A DNA stretch of 47,903 bases from Proteromonas lacertae (Eukaryota). This document shows, piece by piece, positions 46,773 through 47,903 of this stretch; the stretch's first letter is position 1; every line of letters starts with the position of its first letter. A program made the position numbers and the translations under genes. The notes below the pieces were generated by a model that ran no database searches, was not told the origin of the DNA, and saw nothing but the letters and a program-made list of their open reading frames with translations. The DNA is taken from assembly GCA_002245135.1 (NCBI GenBank), contig NGBS01000309.1:62001-109903 (forward strand). Direction: 5' to 3'.

Positions 46773-47903
46773 ATGCCAAGCAGACAGAGTCAAACAACCA
46801 ACCAATTCAGAATTATGCTCCCAGCTTCCATTAAAGGGACAGGCTTATGAGTTCTATCAGAAAGTGAGTCGTAACATCCAGCATTTAAAGACATTTTGCG
46901 ACGAAATGTATATTCAAAGTTTGGCTTATGATGACAGCAAAAAATCAAAGAAGAAGCAAAGTCCACCACAATTCAACTATATCGAATTAGAGAAGTCAGC
47001 TACAGCAGTTTATTATTGCTTTTCATGTAAGTTTGATAATCAGAAGTTAATTCCCATTAAACATCTAGAGACATTAGATCAAAATGAGTATATGAATTTA
47101 TACTTTAGTGACGAAGAGATGAAGAGTATAGTAAAACCAGATGTAAAACAGATTAAACCTTTTATTCAACCTCAGTTAAAACAACAACAACAACCACAAC
47201 AAGAACCACCACCACCAACTGTACCTCAAAAACCTAAAAGAGTTTATAAAAGGAAGAACTGATACTGTAAAGAAACCTAAAACAAAAGCAGTTATTGATA
47301 GTGATGATGAATTAATTCATTTAAAGAAAAGAAAGATTGTTAAGGATTCTGATTTTGTTGACGAACCAGTGGGTATAATGTGAAAGATACTGAATCAAGA
47401 ACATCTGCTGATGATTTATTAAGTAGCCAAAGTCCTACCTTTACACCTCCAATGTCACCAAGGTCTGGATACTACACTTCTTGATGTTACTGATATTGAT
47501 ATACTGGATGCTGAATTGAAATATTTTAATGCTGAAATAACTAAAAAAGATGAAGAAAAACAAAAAAGAGATAGAAGAGAAAATTAAGCATCAAGATGCA
47601 GAGAGAAAGAAACAAGAAGATGAAGAAAAAAAGAAAAAACAACAAGAAGAAGAAAGAGTTAGAAAAGTACAAGAAGAAGCAGAGAGAAAGAGAAAACAAG
47701 AAGAAGCAGAAAAGAAAAGAAAAGAAGAATTAGTGGTTATTAAGAATGCTTCAAGAAGAAGAGAATATGAGACAACAAGAAGAGTTAAGAAAGAAATGGG
47801 TATTAGAACAAAAGAGACAAATGGAAGAAAAGATGAAAAAAGAAAACGATGAATTAGAAAAGAAGAAAAAAAAAAAAAAAAAGAAGATGGAATGAAGAGT
47901 TTA
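46773..47903 (+). pseudogene. Frameshifted long ORF with K/E-rich coiled-coil tail (decayed gene or sequence errors); runs off the window
   Basis: ATG at 46773 (MPSRQSQTTNQFRIMLPASIK) joins the 46615-47262 frame after removing one G at 46836-46838. Protein-like segments continue with more frame breaks at about 47255, 47372, 47470, 47565 and 47820. Confidence 0.5.

Larger units (their letters stand above)
44830..47903 (+). mobile_element. Candidate virus-like/transposable insertion (intronless orphan ORF block)
   Basis: Abrupt switch from intron-rich host genes to four co-oriented intronless orphan ORFs; structured left boundary; apparent truncation of dymeclin. No transposase, integrase or capsid recognised in the window. 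Confidence 0.4.

Noticed and set aside
1..47903. Alternative genetic code (stop-codon reassignment)
   Set aside because: ORF fragmentation is explained by short introns and a few indels. Multi-kb exons are free of in-frame stops, and genes end in TAA or TAG.
1..47903. CRISPR array or rRNA
   Set aside because: No regularly spaced direct repeats or rRNA-like sequence; repeats are microsatellites and protein-level repeats.

Overview
Very AT-rich (roughly one-quarter GC by eye), gene-dense eukaryotic nuclear DNA. It uses the standard code, has tiny (mostly ~25-45 nt) AT-rich GT-AG introns and has intergenic spacers often under 200 bp. This style suggests a gut stramenopile of the Blastocystis/Proteromonas group (inference). 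About 17 host genes can be rebuilt from the fragmented ORF track: a RUN-WW-PX-Rubicon-homology protein, three tandem lipid-anchored SPRY-like paralogs, SSUH2, a nucleotidyltransferase-fold ankyrin protein, a PP2A B56-like subunit, a small tail-anchored protein, a CFAP97-domain protein, a DENN-PDZ Rab GEF, an HDHD5-like HAD hydrolase, a PH-PH-AGC kinase, DRC10/IQCD, an RRM/zinc-knuckle protein, a giant class C GPCR, a Sec23/24-family protein and dymeclin. There is also one tRNA-Gly(TCC). The standout is the ~3,850-aa class C GPCR (27796-39704): its ectodomain is a chain of about nine tandem AmiC/UrtA-like periplasmic-binding (Venus flytrap) domains, the last six in a single 8.2-kb exon. Also notable are a probable U12-type AT-AA intron in the HAD gene, two axonemal genes, and an intronless orphan-ORF block from ~44830 to the window end. 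That block starts with a palindrome-rich segment and appears to cut off the 5' end of dymeclin (possible virus-like or transposable insertion). All family calls come from motif recognition by eye; no searches were run.
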